A stretch of 64,000 bases of DNA from Candidatus Latescibacterota bacterium (GCA_965205975.1 OZ242195.1:5312001-5376000), one strand, 5' to 3'; shown: positions 31,036 to 40,505, counted from the stretch's first letter. The notes: generated from the letters alone by a model not told the origin. Numbers and translations are program-made.

Positions 31036-31053
31036 CAAAATAGATCGCGAAAT

Positions 31054-32289
31054 TTATCCTATCTCGGCTTCACGCAATTCCATAAATTCGTGATAGTCTT
31101 GAGATTGCTTTTCGGTCAAAAATTTATCACGTCCTATCATCGTCAAAAGATGAGATTTTGCTATACTTCTGTTTTTTGCTCTGGATATCATTGCTTGCTC
31201 AATGGGATTCCAGAGAATATAATGCCATTTCAGGGAATGAAGCCAGAGGTCAACTTGTGATAACTCTTTAATAGCCTCATCAAGCCCCAAACTGTAATTC
31301 TTAATTAAATAGGCAGTTGATTCCGTAAATGCGCGTTGACCGACTGGCCGAAACAAAAGATGATTATTGTTTGGTTGTCTAAAAGTTGAGGCAGGTGTTT
31401 TGTTAGATAGAAAGACTTCTTGATATTCAGGTATTATTTTTTGTAACGAATCCCAATATGAACAGCAAAACTTATAAACTGAATTTAATAATTCATCATC
31501 CGGTCTATTATTTGTAAATCCTCTTGTACCATCTACACAACCCACCAAAGTTTTAACTATATCATAAAGTGTTATCACGCTTGTAATTGAGTCTAAATCA
31601 GAGTCACTGATATTTGCCGTGGGAGTAAACGCTATTAGTTGTCCCTTTTGAAATAAAGTAAAATCATCAATCATACGTCGTGTGACAATTGCAGCACCAT
31701 TATCCTCGTCCAAAGCAATGATATCAGTACGAGAAACTCTTTTAGCTGTTTTGTTTAGTGTTGTGAAGAGTCTCCTTGTGCGTTCCCTGCCTGTTTGGTC
31801 CGTTTTATGTCCTACCAGTATAACCGTAATTTCATCATCATTCAGTAGATGCTTATTTTGCTTCAGAGCTAATTTTACGCCAGCTACTCGGTGTTGCCCA
31901 TCAATTGCAAAGAGTTTCTCTTCACCAGAAAAGTGTAGAACTCCTACTGAACGTGACAAATTATCAAGTTGGTCATCAGTAACTTCAAAGGGGGACAACT
32001 CTAGTGTGGAAGAAATTTGAATCTCGCCCCATTGAGGTTCCCCACCGTATATTCCTACAAAAATTGCATTAAACATACGCTCTTCTTGATTTTGTAAATA
32101 TGTTGCTATCTCTTGAGCATGTTTTCCGCTTAGGGCACGTTGAATCCACTCGCTTAAACGTTTACTCTTGTAAATCTCCTCCGTGGGACGTATCCACTGG
32201 GATATGTCTTTAAAAGACATAAATGTAACATAGTAAATCCAGTCGCCCATGCGACATCTAAGAGCGGGAAATATAGCAGAATCTGGCAT
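31054..32289 (-). CDS. DGQHR-domain (DndB/ParB-like) protein, second paralogous family
   Basis: PALRCRMGDWIYY, IQRAL, FAIDGQHRVAG, RRLFTTLNKTAK. Confidence 0.85.
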   Translation of the reverse strand: MPDSAIFPALRCRMGDWIYYVTFMSFKDISQWIRPTEEIYKSKRLSEWIQRALSGKHAQEIATYLQNQEERMFNAIFVGIYGGEPQWGEIQISSTLELSPFEVTDDQLDNLSRSVGVLHFSGEEKLFAIDGQHRVAGVKLALKQNKHLLNDDEITVILVGHKTDQTGRERTRRLFTTLNKTAKRVSRTDIIALDEDNGAAIVTRRMIDDFTLFQKGQLIAFTPTANISDSDLDSITSVITLYDIVKTLVGCVDGTRGFTNNRPDDELLNSVYKFCCSYWDSLQKIIPEYQEVFLSNKTPASTFRQPNNNHLLFRPVGQRAFTESTAYLIKNYSLGLDEAIKELSQVDLWLHSLKWHYILWNPIEQAMISRAKNRSIAKSHLLTMIGRDKFLTEKQSQDYHEFMELREAEIG

Positions 32290-32305
32290 TTTTTTCTCAC
32301 GAATT

Positions 32306-32803
32306 TCAGCTTAATGCAGCAGTAACAAATGGTTGGATTTCAGCAGGGAAACGGCTATTAAATGGTGGAATTAATGCTATTAAGAGATCATCTTCTACAT
32401 TTTTAATCAGGTTTTCATCTTCTATTGGGGCATAGACAAAGTAAAGATGTTCAGACCATTTGGTAAGCATTTCCGTAACTAGCGGTCTGGGTTTTCTTTC
32501 GTGTGGCTCTCGTAAGTATCGTCGGTATCTAGCACGAAAGTTTTCTTCTGTCATTCCAATGTATAAAGGATATGCCAATAAAGGATGATTCGCAATACCT
32601 GGTTGAACAATAAAAGAATAAATGCCTTTCTTGTCAGTGGGCAGCAAAGTCGCATTTTCAGTATTAAATTTTACCACTTTCCACTCCAACGTAACGCGAT
32701 TTGGATATTCCTCCCATTGATCCGGGTGTAAAATTAATCTGGTGATACGATATTTTCTGAAATCCGCAGTTTCCTGTTCAAAATTTGGAAGATCAAAAGC
32801 CAT
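32306..32803 (-). CDS. GIY-YIG family endonuclease
   Basis: KGIYSF...LYIGMT...FRARY...VEDDLL...PPFN: GIY, YIG, Arg, Glu and Asn motifs in canonical order. Confidence 0.75.
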   Translation of the reverse strand: MAFDLPNFEQETADFRKYRITRLILHPDQWEEYPNRVTLEWKVVKFNTENATLLPTDKKGIYSFIVQPGIANHPLLAYPLYIGMTEENFRARYRRYLREPHERKPRPLVTEMLTKWSEHLYFVYAPIEDENLIKNVEDDLLIALIPPFNSRFPAEIQPFVTAALS

Positions 32804-32829
32804 TTTAAGCCGATGTTTAGTATGAATTT

Positions 32830-33237
32830 TTAAAGAAGGTCCACTAAATTCCAGAGGTTTTGATCATTTGCGTTCGATAGCCTTGACTCCAATGCCATGA
32901 TTCCAGCATTCGCATATTCCTCCACTGCTGTCAAAACATCTTCCTGCCTCATCAGCACATCTACATCTCCACTATCTGCAATTGCCATCGCTTTAATCAG
33001 TGGAATATCAGTTTGCGATGAAAATTGTGCCCATCTAAAAATAATTGTGCGTTTGCCGCGAATAGGTTTGCGTTCGCTTTGCTGATAACCCAGACAGGCG
33101 GCCCACATAAACACGTCCTTCATGGTTTGAAATGGCACATCAACTGGGTCACTGCCTTCGGTTAATCGCTTGTAGATGTCGTGAAAAGAATCATCAATGT
33201 TCACTGTATCCCGGACGATGCGTTCCTCGTTCATCAT
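32830..33237 (-). CDS. pbeD: PT-associated small protein, PbeD-like
   Basis: FQTMKDVFMWAACLGY and EEYANAG motifs; coupled to the upstream ATPase; position in cluster. Confidence 0.7.
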   Translation of the reverse strand: MMNEERIVRDTVNIDDSFHDIYKRLTEGSDPVDVPFQTMKDVFMWAACLGYQQSERKPIRGKRTIIFRWAQFSSQTDIPLIKAMAIADSGDVDVLMRQEDVLTAVEEYANAGIMALESRLSNANDQNLWNLVDLL

Positions 33238-35174
33238 GAGACCTCAACAATTTTTGTGCAACTGGTGTCGTGATCAAAGTTGAGACTATATTCTACGCCA
33301 ATACGAGCTTTAAGATTTTTGCGTGCCTGACCGCGCAATTCTTCATCAGTCACAAACAAGACAAGTTGTTCAGACAAATCGGGTAAATGTTCCGTGATAT
33401 TATTTCGGTGTTGAGACGATAGACGACCAAATGGTGTATCCATCACAAGGGGAGCTTTTCCATCGCTGATGCGCGACATCGCTGTAATAAATGACAAACT
33501 CAAAATTTGACGCTCACCTGCTGAAAATTCTGACCTTGATGGGGTACCATAGCGATCAATCACTTCCAAATTGAAATTTTTGTCTAAAAGCACATCTTGG
33601 AAATGATTTTCTTTCCACGCAAGCCGTTTAAAAATTTCTCTGGTCTTAGTTTCGATATTTCGGCGATTTGCATCTGCAAAACGGTCATACATGTCGTCAA
33701 TACTGTCAGCGGCTTTTTGGGCCAGATTCATTTTTATTTCGAAAAACTGTGCCCGAGATTCCTCCTTTTTTGCTTGACTGATTTGCTTGTCTAATTTCTC
33801 AATTTGTTGTGATAGTGTTTTGATACGTTCCTCAAGCCCACCCTTATCCAGGTTGTATCTATCAATGTCTGCCTGAAATTCTGTGCGTTGCGCTTCTAAT
33901 TTCCTCACGTCTTCGACTGGTGAACCTTTGAGTTGGTTCTGTATTTCGTCCAACTCGGCTTCATGTGAATGGATCTCTTCAATCAAGCTTGAACGTTTTT
34001 GCCTGGCCTGATCTAAATCTTGTCGGTGGCGTTCAACCCGTTCTTTAAAGAGTAGTAAGGCAGCTTGCGTATTCATGACATTATCTTCCAATGTACTGGG
34101 TAACTGGCTTTTCAGCAAGACCAGCAATTGATTGTGCTCAGGGCTACCATCCGTTATAGGACGCCCACAAATGCATTTCATTTGATCAATTAAATCTTTG
34201 ACAAATGGTTCGCGAATACCGCTTGGAAGTTCCCCGCGTTTTCTTTTTCCTTCCAAAATATGCAATGCCTTTTCAATAGCCTGATATGCGGTTACAAAAT
34301 GTCCACCAGACGCCAAATCGCGGATTTGGACAGTTACTTTATTTAATTCTTCACGATGATATTGAAGAAATTCTTTAAGATCGTCGCGTCGTTGTTGTAG
34401 GGGTTTCGCATTTTCCATTTCGCGAAGACGGGCACTAATGTCTTTTATTTTTTTTTGAGCAGAAGCTATTGCTTCCTCTATTTCTCCGCGACGCTCTCTC
34501 GCTTTTTCCCGCTCTGCACGGGCTTTTTCATCATCTTTAATTAATTCTTTAAGTTCATCGTCTGCATATTCTCTCAACTTACTGCGATTTCTCCTGGCGG
34601 TTTCTTCCAGATGTCGCTTTGCTCGATCTAAAATCTCCAGTTTAAAAATCAGATAGATGGCGTCTTTAACCTCTTTGGCGGCTTCTGGTCTGGCAAAATT
34701 GTCGATTTTTTCGCCATCAAAAAAAAAGTAAGTTCGCACGTTTGAAGGAAGAATGGTATTTATTGTGCGAATGGGATTGGTGACACGCAAAGACTGCCCA
34801 TCAGCACCTGTGCGTAGCATGGTAAATGTGGGCTCAGATTCCGTTTCACAGGTTCCGTTTTTTTGTTTTCGGCCAGTTAAGATGCGACGAACCAGATATC
34901 GCTCACCCTCGTGAAAAAAGGTCAATTCTATAGTGGTTTGGACTTGTTCGTTCACCTTTGCCCGGCTGATAGCCTCTTTGCTAATCAATTCACCGACAGT
35001 ATCCACCCCTTCACCATACAGGCACCAGTTAAGAGCGAGAAAGAGAGATGTTTTTCCCGCGCCATTGACGCCGTGAAGAACGGTTATATTTTGTTTGTTG
35101 CCATGTGCAAACTGAAGTCGTTGTCGGCCATAATATTGACGAAAGTTATCCAATGTCATGGAATCCAAAATCAT
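33234..35174 (-). CDS. pbeC: SMC-like ABC ATPase, PbeC-like
   Basis: HGVNGAGKTS, FFFDGEKI, CICG zinc-hook-like motif, FSAGERQ, VMDTPFGRL. Confidence 0.75.
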   Translation of the reverse strand: MILDSMTLDNFRQYYGRQRLQFAHGNKQNITVLHGVNGAGKTSLFLALNWCLYGEGVDTVGELISKEAISRAKVNEQVQTTIELTFFHEGERYLVRRILTGRKQKNGTCETESEPTFTMLRTGADGQSLRVTNPIRTINTILPSNVRTYFFFDGEKIDNFARPEAAKEVKDAIYLIFKLEILDRAKRHLEETARRNRSKLREYADDELKELIKDDEKARAEREKARERRGEIEEAIASAQKKIKDISARLREMENAKPLQQRRDDLKEFLQYHREELNKVTVQIRDLASGGHFVTAYQAIEKALHILEGKRKRGELPSGIREPFVKDLIDQMKCICGRPITDGSPEHNQLLVLLKSQLPSTLEDNVMNTQAALLLFKERVERHRQDLDQARQKRSSLIEEIHSHEAELDEIQNQLKGSPVEDVRKLEAQRTEFQADIDRYNLDKGGLEERIKTLSQQIEKLDKQISQAKKEESRAQFFEIKMNLAQKAADSIDDMYDRFADANRRNIETKTREIFKRLAWKENHFQDVLLDKNFNLEVIDRYGTPSRSEFSAGERQILSLSFITAMSRISDGKAPLVMDTPFGRLSSQHRNNITEHLPDLSEQLVLFVTDEELRGQARKNLKARIGVEYSLNFDHDTSCTKIVEVS

Positions 35175-35196
35175 TTTTTATAATCCTATCTGTTGA

Positions 35197-35391
35197 TCAT
35201 TTGGTCTCTTGTTCTGCTACATGAGAGACAATCGTATCAATTTGGTCTTGAACGCGCGGGCGTGCCCATGAGATATATTCCAGTTCTAACATTAGTACCT
35301 CTTGGATAACGGTCTTGACATCTTCATCACAATTGGCAAACCATTGTTCGAGAAGAGTCGTTGTAACATCAGCAGGTGGATGGGAGGGCAT
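35197..35391 (-). CDS. pbeB: Small helical protein, PbeB-like
   Basis: 64 aa between PLD-helicase and ATPase; IQEVLMLELEY...RPRVQDQID; name assigned by position. Confidence 0.6.
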   Translation of the reverse strand: MPSHPPADVTTTLLEQWFANCDEDVKTVIQEVLMLELEYISWARPRVQDQIDTIVSHVAEQETK

Positions 35392-35403
35392 TTTATTTTA
35401 TCC

Positions 35404-37467
35404 TTAAAAATCCATAAGACCGTATCGCTTGGCTATTTTCCAAATCACGTCTATGGCTCGATGTTTGTTTTTAGCTGGACCAGCAAATTCTTTGAAACGC
35501 TGGAGTTCTTTGCGTATGAGACTGCGTTCAGCGTCAAAAGAAACGCCAGATGGCGTACCGGACCAGGCATTGGGAGGGACTGTAATTAAATCGTGAACAA
35601 CAGAAAAATCCTTCCCTGGTGCTTGGCGTAGAATACGCCCACGTCGTTGAATAAACTCTCTTGGATTGCTACTGCTGGCCAAAAGATACGCCGTTTTTGT
35701 GCTTGGCACATCCACACCTTCATCCAAACACTTCATTGCTACAAGGCCCTGCAATAAGCCTTTTTCAAAGTCTTCTAATCGCTGTCTGCGATCTTTTGTG
35801 TCTTCTTCAGCAGTAAAACGTTGAACAAAAAGTCCTTTTTGGTTTCCAAGTAATGTGAGGACCTCCTGCATTTGACCGGGGGCGCAGTAAAACAAAGTAT
35901 GCTTAATATCTGATTGCTGATCAATGAGACCAGATAGAACTACGAGCTTGTTTTCTGCGCGATTTAGCAACTGAGCTCTGCGTATCAACATCATCTTTAG
36001 CGCGTTTTGACCAGATTCATCTTCTCGACCCATTAAACGGGCAATTTTGACAGTGATATCTTCGTATTGTTCCAATTCTTCATCCGTTAAGGGAACAAGA
36101 CGGGGATAATAATAATAGGGAGTCAGGCAAACGCCAATTGCTTTTTCAAGAGGAAAGGAAAATGCTGTTTCGCCAAAATAATCTCGTAAAGTATGTGTTC
36201 CTTCTTCATCAAACCACCGGTCTGGTGTGGCTGATAGAGCGAGCCGGAAGGGAATGTGGTTGGGATAATTTTGCTGACTTTGCTCTGCCCCCAGATGGTG
36301 TGCCTCATCGGCAATCAGCAAAGCGGGGCCATCGAAACGTCCAATTGCCTCCTGAAATTCCGGTGATATGAATGTTTGATGCGTTGTGATAACAGAAATA
36401 AATTGTCGGTATCCCGCGTTGTAATCCCTGACGTCTGTATTTAATTTGTTTAGCCATTGACGTTTACTTCGATATGCAAGTACTGGTCTGTATCCAAATG
36501 CTTGCGCCTCCTTATTCCATTGGTCAACCAGATGCTGGTATGGGACGGCGAGGATAACAGCCAGTCGTTTTTCTTGTTCAAACAAACGGACAGACGCGGC
36601 CAATGACGTGATGGTTTTCCCGCTACCAGTCGCCATTTCCAAAAATCCCTGACATTTGTAATCAAACCACGCATCAACAGCCTCTGTTTGATAATCTCTG
36701 AGTTTAAGATTTTCTGGCAAGACCGGTTTGGCAGGTGAATAATGTATTCTGCTCCCATCCTGTGCCATCCATTGAGGTTTAGGATAGGGTCTATCAAATT
36801 TCCGCAGTTTGAGAATTTGTTCTTTTGCAGCTTCCGGAAGATCAAATACTCTTACATTTCCGTCTTGATTATTCCAGAGCCTTTCAAAGCGTTCAACATC
36901 GTCAGCTACCAGTTCTTCAAAAGCCGGATCCCATCCCCGGAAAATTTTAATAGATTCGTAATTTCGCGTGCCTTGAATACTGTCGTTATACGAGCCATTA
37001 AAGCTGATTTGATTGCCATTGATGTCAGTGAAAATGCCAAATTTATCGTGAAATTCTCCTTGTTCGAGTTTATTCCTTGGAAGTGCCAATTTGAATGATA
37101 AAATACCATCTGCAACCATCCAGGCGAGCGCAGATAAGGAATTTTTTTTCAGTGCTCTTTCAAGATCGGAGATATTGCGTTGCAAAGACGCCCGCAAGAC
37201 AGGGTCGTATTTGGCTTCATCGCCTATCCTTAATGCTTCCCAATCTTCTTCACTCAAAATAGGACTTGTAACCCACCGAGCTTTTCCCCCGTTCGCCGCA
37301 AATGCGATTAAACCTTTGGATGTAATTCTTATCCAGCCCGAACTGAAAAATCCAACGCCACGATCATATCGGCAAGCAGCACTTAAGGCAGGTACAAAAA
37401 AGTCCTCAGTAAGATCAGAGGAAGATGTGTCGAGCCTGTTGGAGAAATTGAGGTCTGTTAAGTTCAT
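35404..37467 (-). CDS. pbeA: PLD-nuclease + SF2 (DEAH) helicase, PbeA-like
   Basis: YDRGVGFFSS, FHDKFGIF...FNGSYNDS (HKD-type), MATGSGKT, DEAH, SATP, QRRGRILR. Confidence 0.8.
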   Translation of the reverse strand: MNLTDLNFSNRLDTSSSDLTEDFFVPALSAACRYDRGVGFFSSGWIRITSKGLIAFAANGGKARWVTSPILSEEDWEALRIGDEAKYDPVLRASLQRNISDLERALKKNSLSALAWMVADGILSFKLALPRNKLEQGEFHDKFGIFTDINGNQISFNGSYNDSIQGTRNYESIKIFRGWDPAFEELVADDVERFERLWNNQDGNVRVFDLPEAAKEQILKLRKFDRPYPKPQWMAQDGSRIHYSPAKPVLPENLKLRDYQTEAVDAWFDYKCQGFLEMATGSGKTITSLAASVRLFEQEKRLAVILAVPYQHLVDQWNKEAQAFGYRPVLAYRSKRQWLNKLNTDVRDYNAGYRQFISVITTHQTFISPEFQEAIGRFDGPALLIADEAHHLGAEQSQQNYPNHIPFRLALSATPDRWFDEEGTHTLRDYFGETAFSFPLEKAIGVCLTPYYYYPRLVPLTDEELEQYEDITVKIARLMGREDESGQNALKMMLIRRAQLLNRAENKLVVLSGLIDQQSDIKHTLFYCAPGQMQEVLTLLGNQKGLFVQRFTAEEDTKDRRQRLEDFEKGLLQGLVAMKCLDEGVDVPSTKTAYLLASSSNPREFIQRRGRILRQAPGKDFSVVHDLITVPPNAWSGTPSGVSFDAERSLIRKELQRFKEFAGPAKNKHRAIDVIWKIAKRYGLMDF

Positions 37468-37673
37468 ATTTGTTTATTCAGCCTTCTGCGCGATTCCATT
37501 GCAGCCTTGCTTATCTCAGAGACGCTTTTCTCTGGCCAGAGGTTTTGCTGCCATTTCGTATAATCGAATGGCTCTCGCAAGATCAAGCTGATGAATTTCT
37601 CAGCTTCAACAATACCCAGAGCATCTACCAGGGCGTGTAGTCCATTTACTCGTATTTCAGTATCTGTTCTCAT
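37464..37673 (-). CDS. Small protein resembling antitoxin partners of PIN toxins
   Basis: MRTDTEIR..G...L...LG.VEAEKFI.LI.REPFDYTKW; stop overlaps pbeA ATG (ATGA). Confidence 0.6.
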   Translation of the reverse strand: MRTDTEIRVNGLHALVDALGIVEAEKFISLILREPFDYTKWQQNLWPEKSVSEISKAAMESRRRLNKQI

Positions 37674-37803
37674 ATCCGATCTCGCGGACACTTAAATTAT
37701 GGGGATTATATATGTAAGTGCCGTACGCGTATTATTTATCGCCCCTTTTGTGTTCTTGGCACTGTCTCTTTTATCAGCACTAGACTAGGGGGAAAGCCTT
37801 CTA

Positions 37804-39197
37804 GTGCATCGTGGCAAAAAAGGTTCCTTGTATGATCAGCATTGCTTATCTTTGTGTGTCCGCCAAGCCTTCAGATAAAATTCGATCCCGTTTATAGTGC
37901 CTGTCTCATCGAGGTGTCCATGCCCGGTTATTACAAAAAAGCCAGCCCGTTGCCCATCAGCGTGATGCAACGTAGCGTCTTAGAACACATTGTCCAACGC
38001 CATACCAGTCGCCAAGACCATGCCCGCCGTGCGCGTATGATCCTGTTAAGCAGTGAAGGGTTAGGCATCGGTCAAGTCAGCGCACAAGTCGGCGCAGATC
38101 CAAAGACAGTTTCTACCTGGCGCAAGCGTTGGCTGGCAGGTTATGAGGCTCTCAAAGCGATGGAAGCCGAGGGCGATAGCCGTGCCTTGTCCGATGCGGT
38201 CTTATCCCTCCTATCGGATGCGCCCCGTCCAGGTACGCCTGTGAGGTATTCGGCACAGGTGGTCACAAAGATTGTGGCCCTCTCCTGTGAAGCCCCCAAA
38301 GCGTGTGGGTATCCCATCAGCCATTGGACGCCTCAAGTCTTGCGTGAAGCAGTCATCGCCCGCGGCATCGTCCCTGACATTTCCCTTCGCAGTGTGGGAC
38401 GTTTTTTAAAAAGAGGCCGATCTTAAGCCGCATCAAGTCCGGTATTGGGCGCGTCCTCCTGATGAAGATAAAGAAGCCTTTTACGAGGCAAGTGAAAAGG
38501 TCTGTGCCTTATATCAATCTGCTCTTGACCTTCACGAAGAAGGTGTGCATGTCATCAGCACAGATGAAAAAACGGGCATACAGGCCAAAGAACGTGCCAA
38601 ACCCACCCTACCGATGAAGCAGGGACGGGTTGAACATCAGGAGTTTGAATACAAAAGACATGGCACCTGTTGCTTGATTGGCAATTTTGAAGTCGCCACA
38701 GGGCAGGTGATTGCCCCAACCTTATCCCTAACACGAACAGAGAAAGATTTTAAGACGCACATCCAACAGACCTTTGCACAAGACCCAAAAGGTGAGTGGG
38801 TCTTTGTCGTGGATCAACTCAATACCCATAAATCGGAAGCCTTAGTCCGATGGGTGGCTGATGTGTGCGACATTCAAGACGATTTAGGGGAAAAAGGCAA
38901 ATACGGGATTCTAAAATCTATGCAAACCCGGGCCGACTTCCTCAGCAATCAAGCCCACCGAGTGCGCTTTGTTTATACCCCTAAACACGCCTCGTGGCTC
39001 AATCAGATTGAATGCTGGTTTTCTATTCTCGTGCGACGCCTACTCAAAAGAGGGAGTTTTACCTCTGTCCAAGACCTCCAGCAATCGCTTTTGGATTTCA
39101 TTGCCTTTTTCAACAAAACCATGGCCAAACCGTTTAAATGGACCTATACCGGAAGACCCCTTAATCTATAACACCAATGACTTTTGCCACGATGCAC
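37804..39197 (+). mobile_element. IS630-family insertion sequence
   Basis: Terminal inverted repeats GTGCATCGTGGCAAAA / TTTTGCCACGATGCAC, flanked by duplicated TA within CTAG. Confidence 0.93.
37920..39171 (+). CDS. IS630 transposase split in two frames (HTH part 37920-38426; DDE part from ~38410)
   Basis: HWTP..L, then in +1 frame EADLKPH..RYW, STDEK, YKRHGT, DQLNTH, TPKHASWLNQIECWF; T6A5 run at the junction. Confidence 0.88.
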
Positions 39198-39644
39198 TAG
39201 ACTTCTGTCACAGTCCACTAGCCACTGCCCTCTTTGCCCTACATCGGGCACCCTTTCGTTCCATCCCTGCCTCGCTGTCGTGTTCGTAGGCCCTATTACA
39301 CATTCGCCTATCTCGGTGTGTTGTCTTTTAACTTCGCCATCGCAGTCATAGTCGAAAGAGCCGTCACCTCTATCTTTGTCAAAGAAATTCTTTTGTCCAG
39401 GCTTAACCTCTGCGTTGCTGTCATAACAGTCATCGCCATTTTTCACATAGCCACTGGGTGCCCAAAACCACCATATATATTGCTCTGGATCGCCGTAGCC
39501 GTCCCCGTCACTGTCTTTATGCCAAACAGGCATCACCGCAATAAGTAACGCCAAAAAGGCGATTATCACTCCTATAACTGCGGAATGCTCCCTTATCCAA
39601 GAATAAAAACTGGTTCGATTCATTGTGTATCCTTTCATAAATTA

Positions 39645-40505
39645 TCAATCATCCCCCAATAACTTCTGGGCATTTTGATAAGTTATCTTGTCGAATGCGT
39701 CTTTTGGCAGGTTCAGACGCTGTAGATAATCCATCAGGCGCGTGTCGAAATAATCCCGTCCAAATAACAGACTGTCTTGAAAATCGATCAAGAATTGCCT
39801 GCCAAACGCTTCGTCTCTGCTGATTGCGGTCAGTCCCGATCCCGCGGAGAGGTCGGCGTATAGATTGTCGTATTTTTTGAGCATCTGAGGCACTTTGCCG
39901 CCCGGTTCAACCGGACCTTTGGGATACGCTTCTTTGTCGAACTTGCCGTCGCCGGAAATGTGTGCCCAGAATCCCGGTGCATGGCCGATGAAGTTGGTTT
40001 CAGGACATGCGATAATCGCGCGTTCAAATGCTTCGATGCTGCCGCCATACCACCAGTTTGGCCGCGGGTAATCCCCGTGTCCGTGATCGATGGGATAGTC
40101 GAGATGGATGGTGATCGGCAGGCCCAGGTCACCGCAGACGTGATAGAGTCTGAGGGCATCCGGATCGTCAAATACCACCCGCACTTTTAGTTCGCTGGCA
40201 ACCCGAATCCCGTGAATTTCTACGGCTGCTTTCAAGCGGTCAATTGCGTCGGGCCGCTTTGGGTGTGGCATGTATCCCAGTACAAATCGGTCGGGGGCTG
40301 TGCGCCCTACCTGTATCACGTCTTCGAGGGGGATGCACACGCCGGTTGGGGGCAATACATTGTGATAACTGGGGCTGTATTCGTCTTCTGGCGCTTCCCA
40401 GGAAAATAGCCATAGCTGGTCGATGTTTTGCTCGTCCATGTTTTTCAATATTTTTTCGGCGTTGAATCCGTGCCAGTTTGGGTGATTGTGCGCGTCGATT
40501 AACAT
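39645..40505 (-). CDS. Amidohydrolase family protein
   Basis: IDAHNH, IGHAPG, YADLSAGSG, LLFGRD, NAQKLL. Confidence 0.85.
   Translation of the reverse strand: MLIDAHNHPNWHGFNAEKILKNMDEQNIDQLWLFSWEAPEDEYSPSYHNVLPPTGVCIPLEDVIQVGRTAPDRFVLGYMPHPKRPDAIDRLKAAVEIHGIRVASELKVRVVFDDPDALRLYHVCGDLGLPITIHLDYPIDHGHGDYPRPNWWYGGSIEAFERAIIACPETNFIGHAPGFWAHISGDGKFDKEAYPKGPVEPGGKVPQMLKKYDNLYADLSAGSGLTAISRDEAFGRQFLIDFQDSLLFGRDYFDTRLMDYLQRLNLPKDAFDKITYQNAQKLLGDD

Larger units (their letters stand above)
37736..39623 (-). pseudogene. Membrane-anchored Cys/Asp-rich protein gene interrupted by IS630
   Basis: N-terminal part 39200-39623 (TM, DSDGDGYGDP, DDCYDSN, DYDCDG); removing the IS and one TA restores ...DCDRSLEGFPPSLVLIKETVPRTQKGR-stop at 37736. 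Confidence 0.75.

Noticed and set aside
33234..35174. Duplicated dndD or SbcC/Rad50 repair ATPase
   Set aside because: A canonical dndD is already present, there is no SbcD partner, and the context fits a PbeC-like subunit.
35404..37467. Type III restriction Res subunit
   Set aside because: No adjacent methyltransferase; the N-terminal PLD plus dnd context fits PbeA.
25165..39644. Prophage or ICE carrying the dnd locus
   Set aside because: No integrase, structural or conjugation genes, and no att repeats seen by eye.
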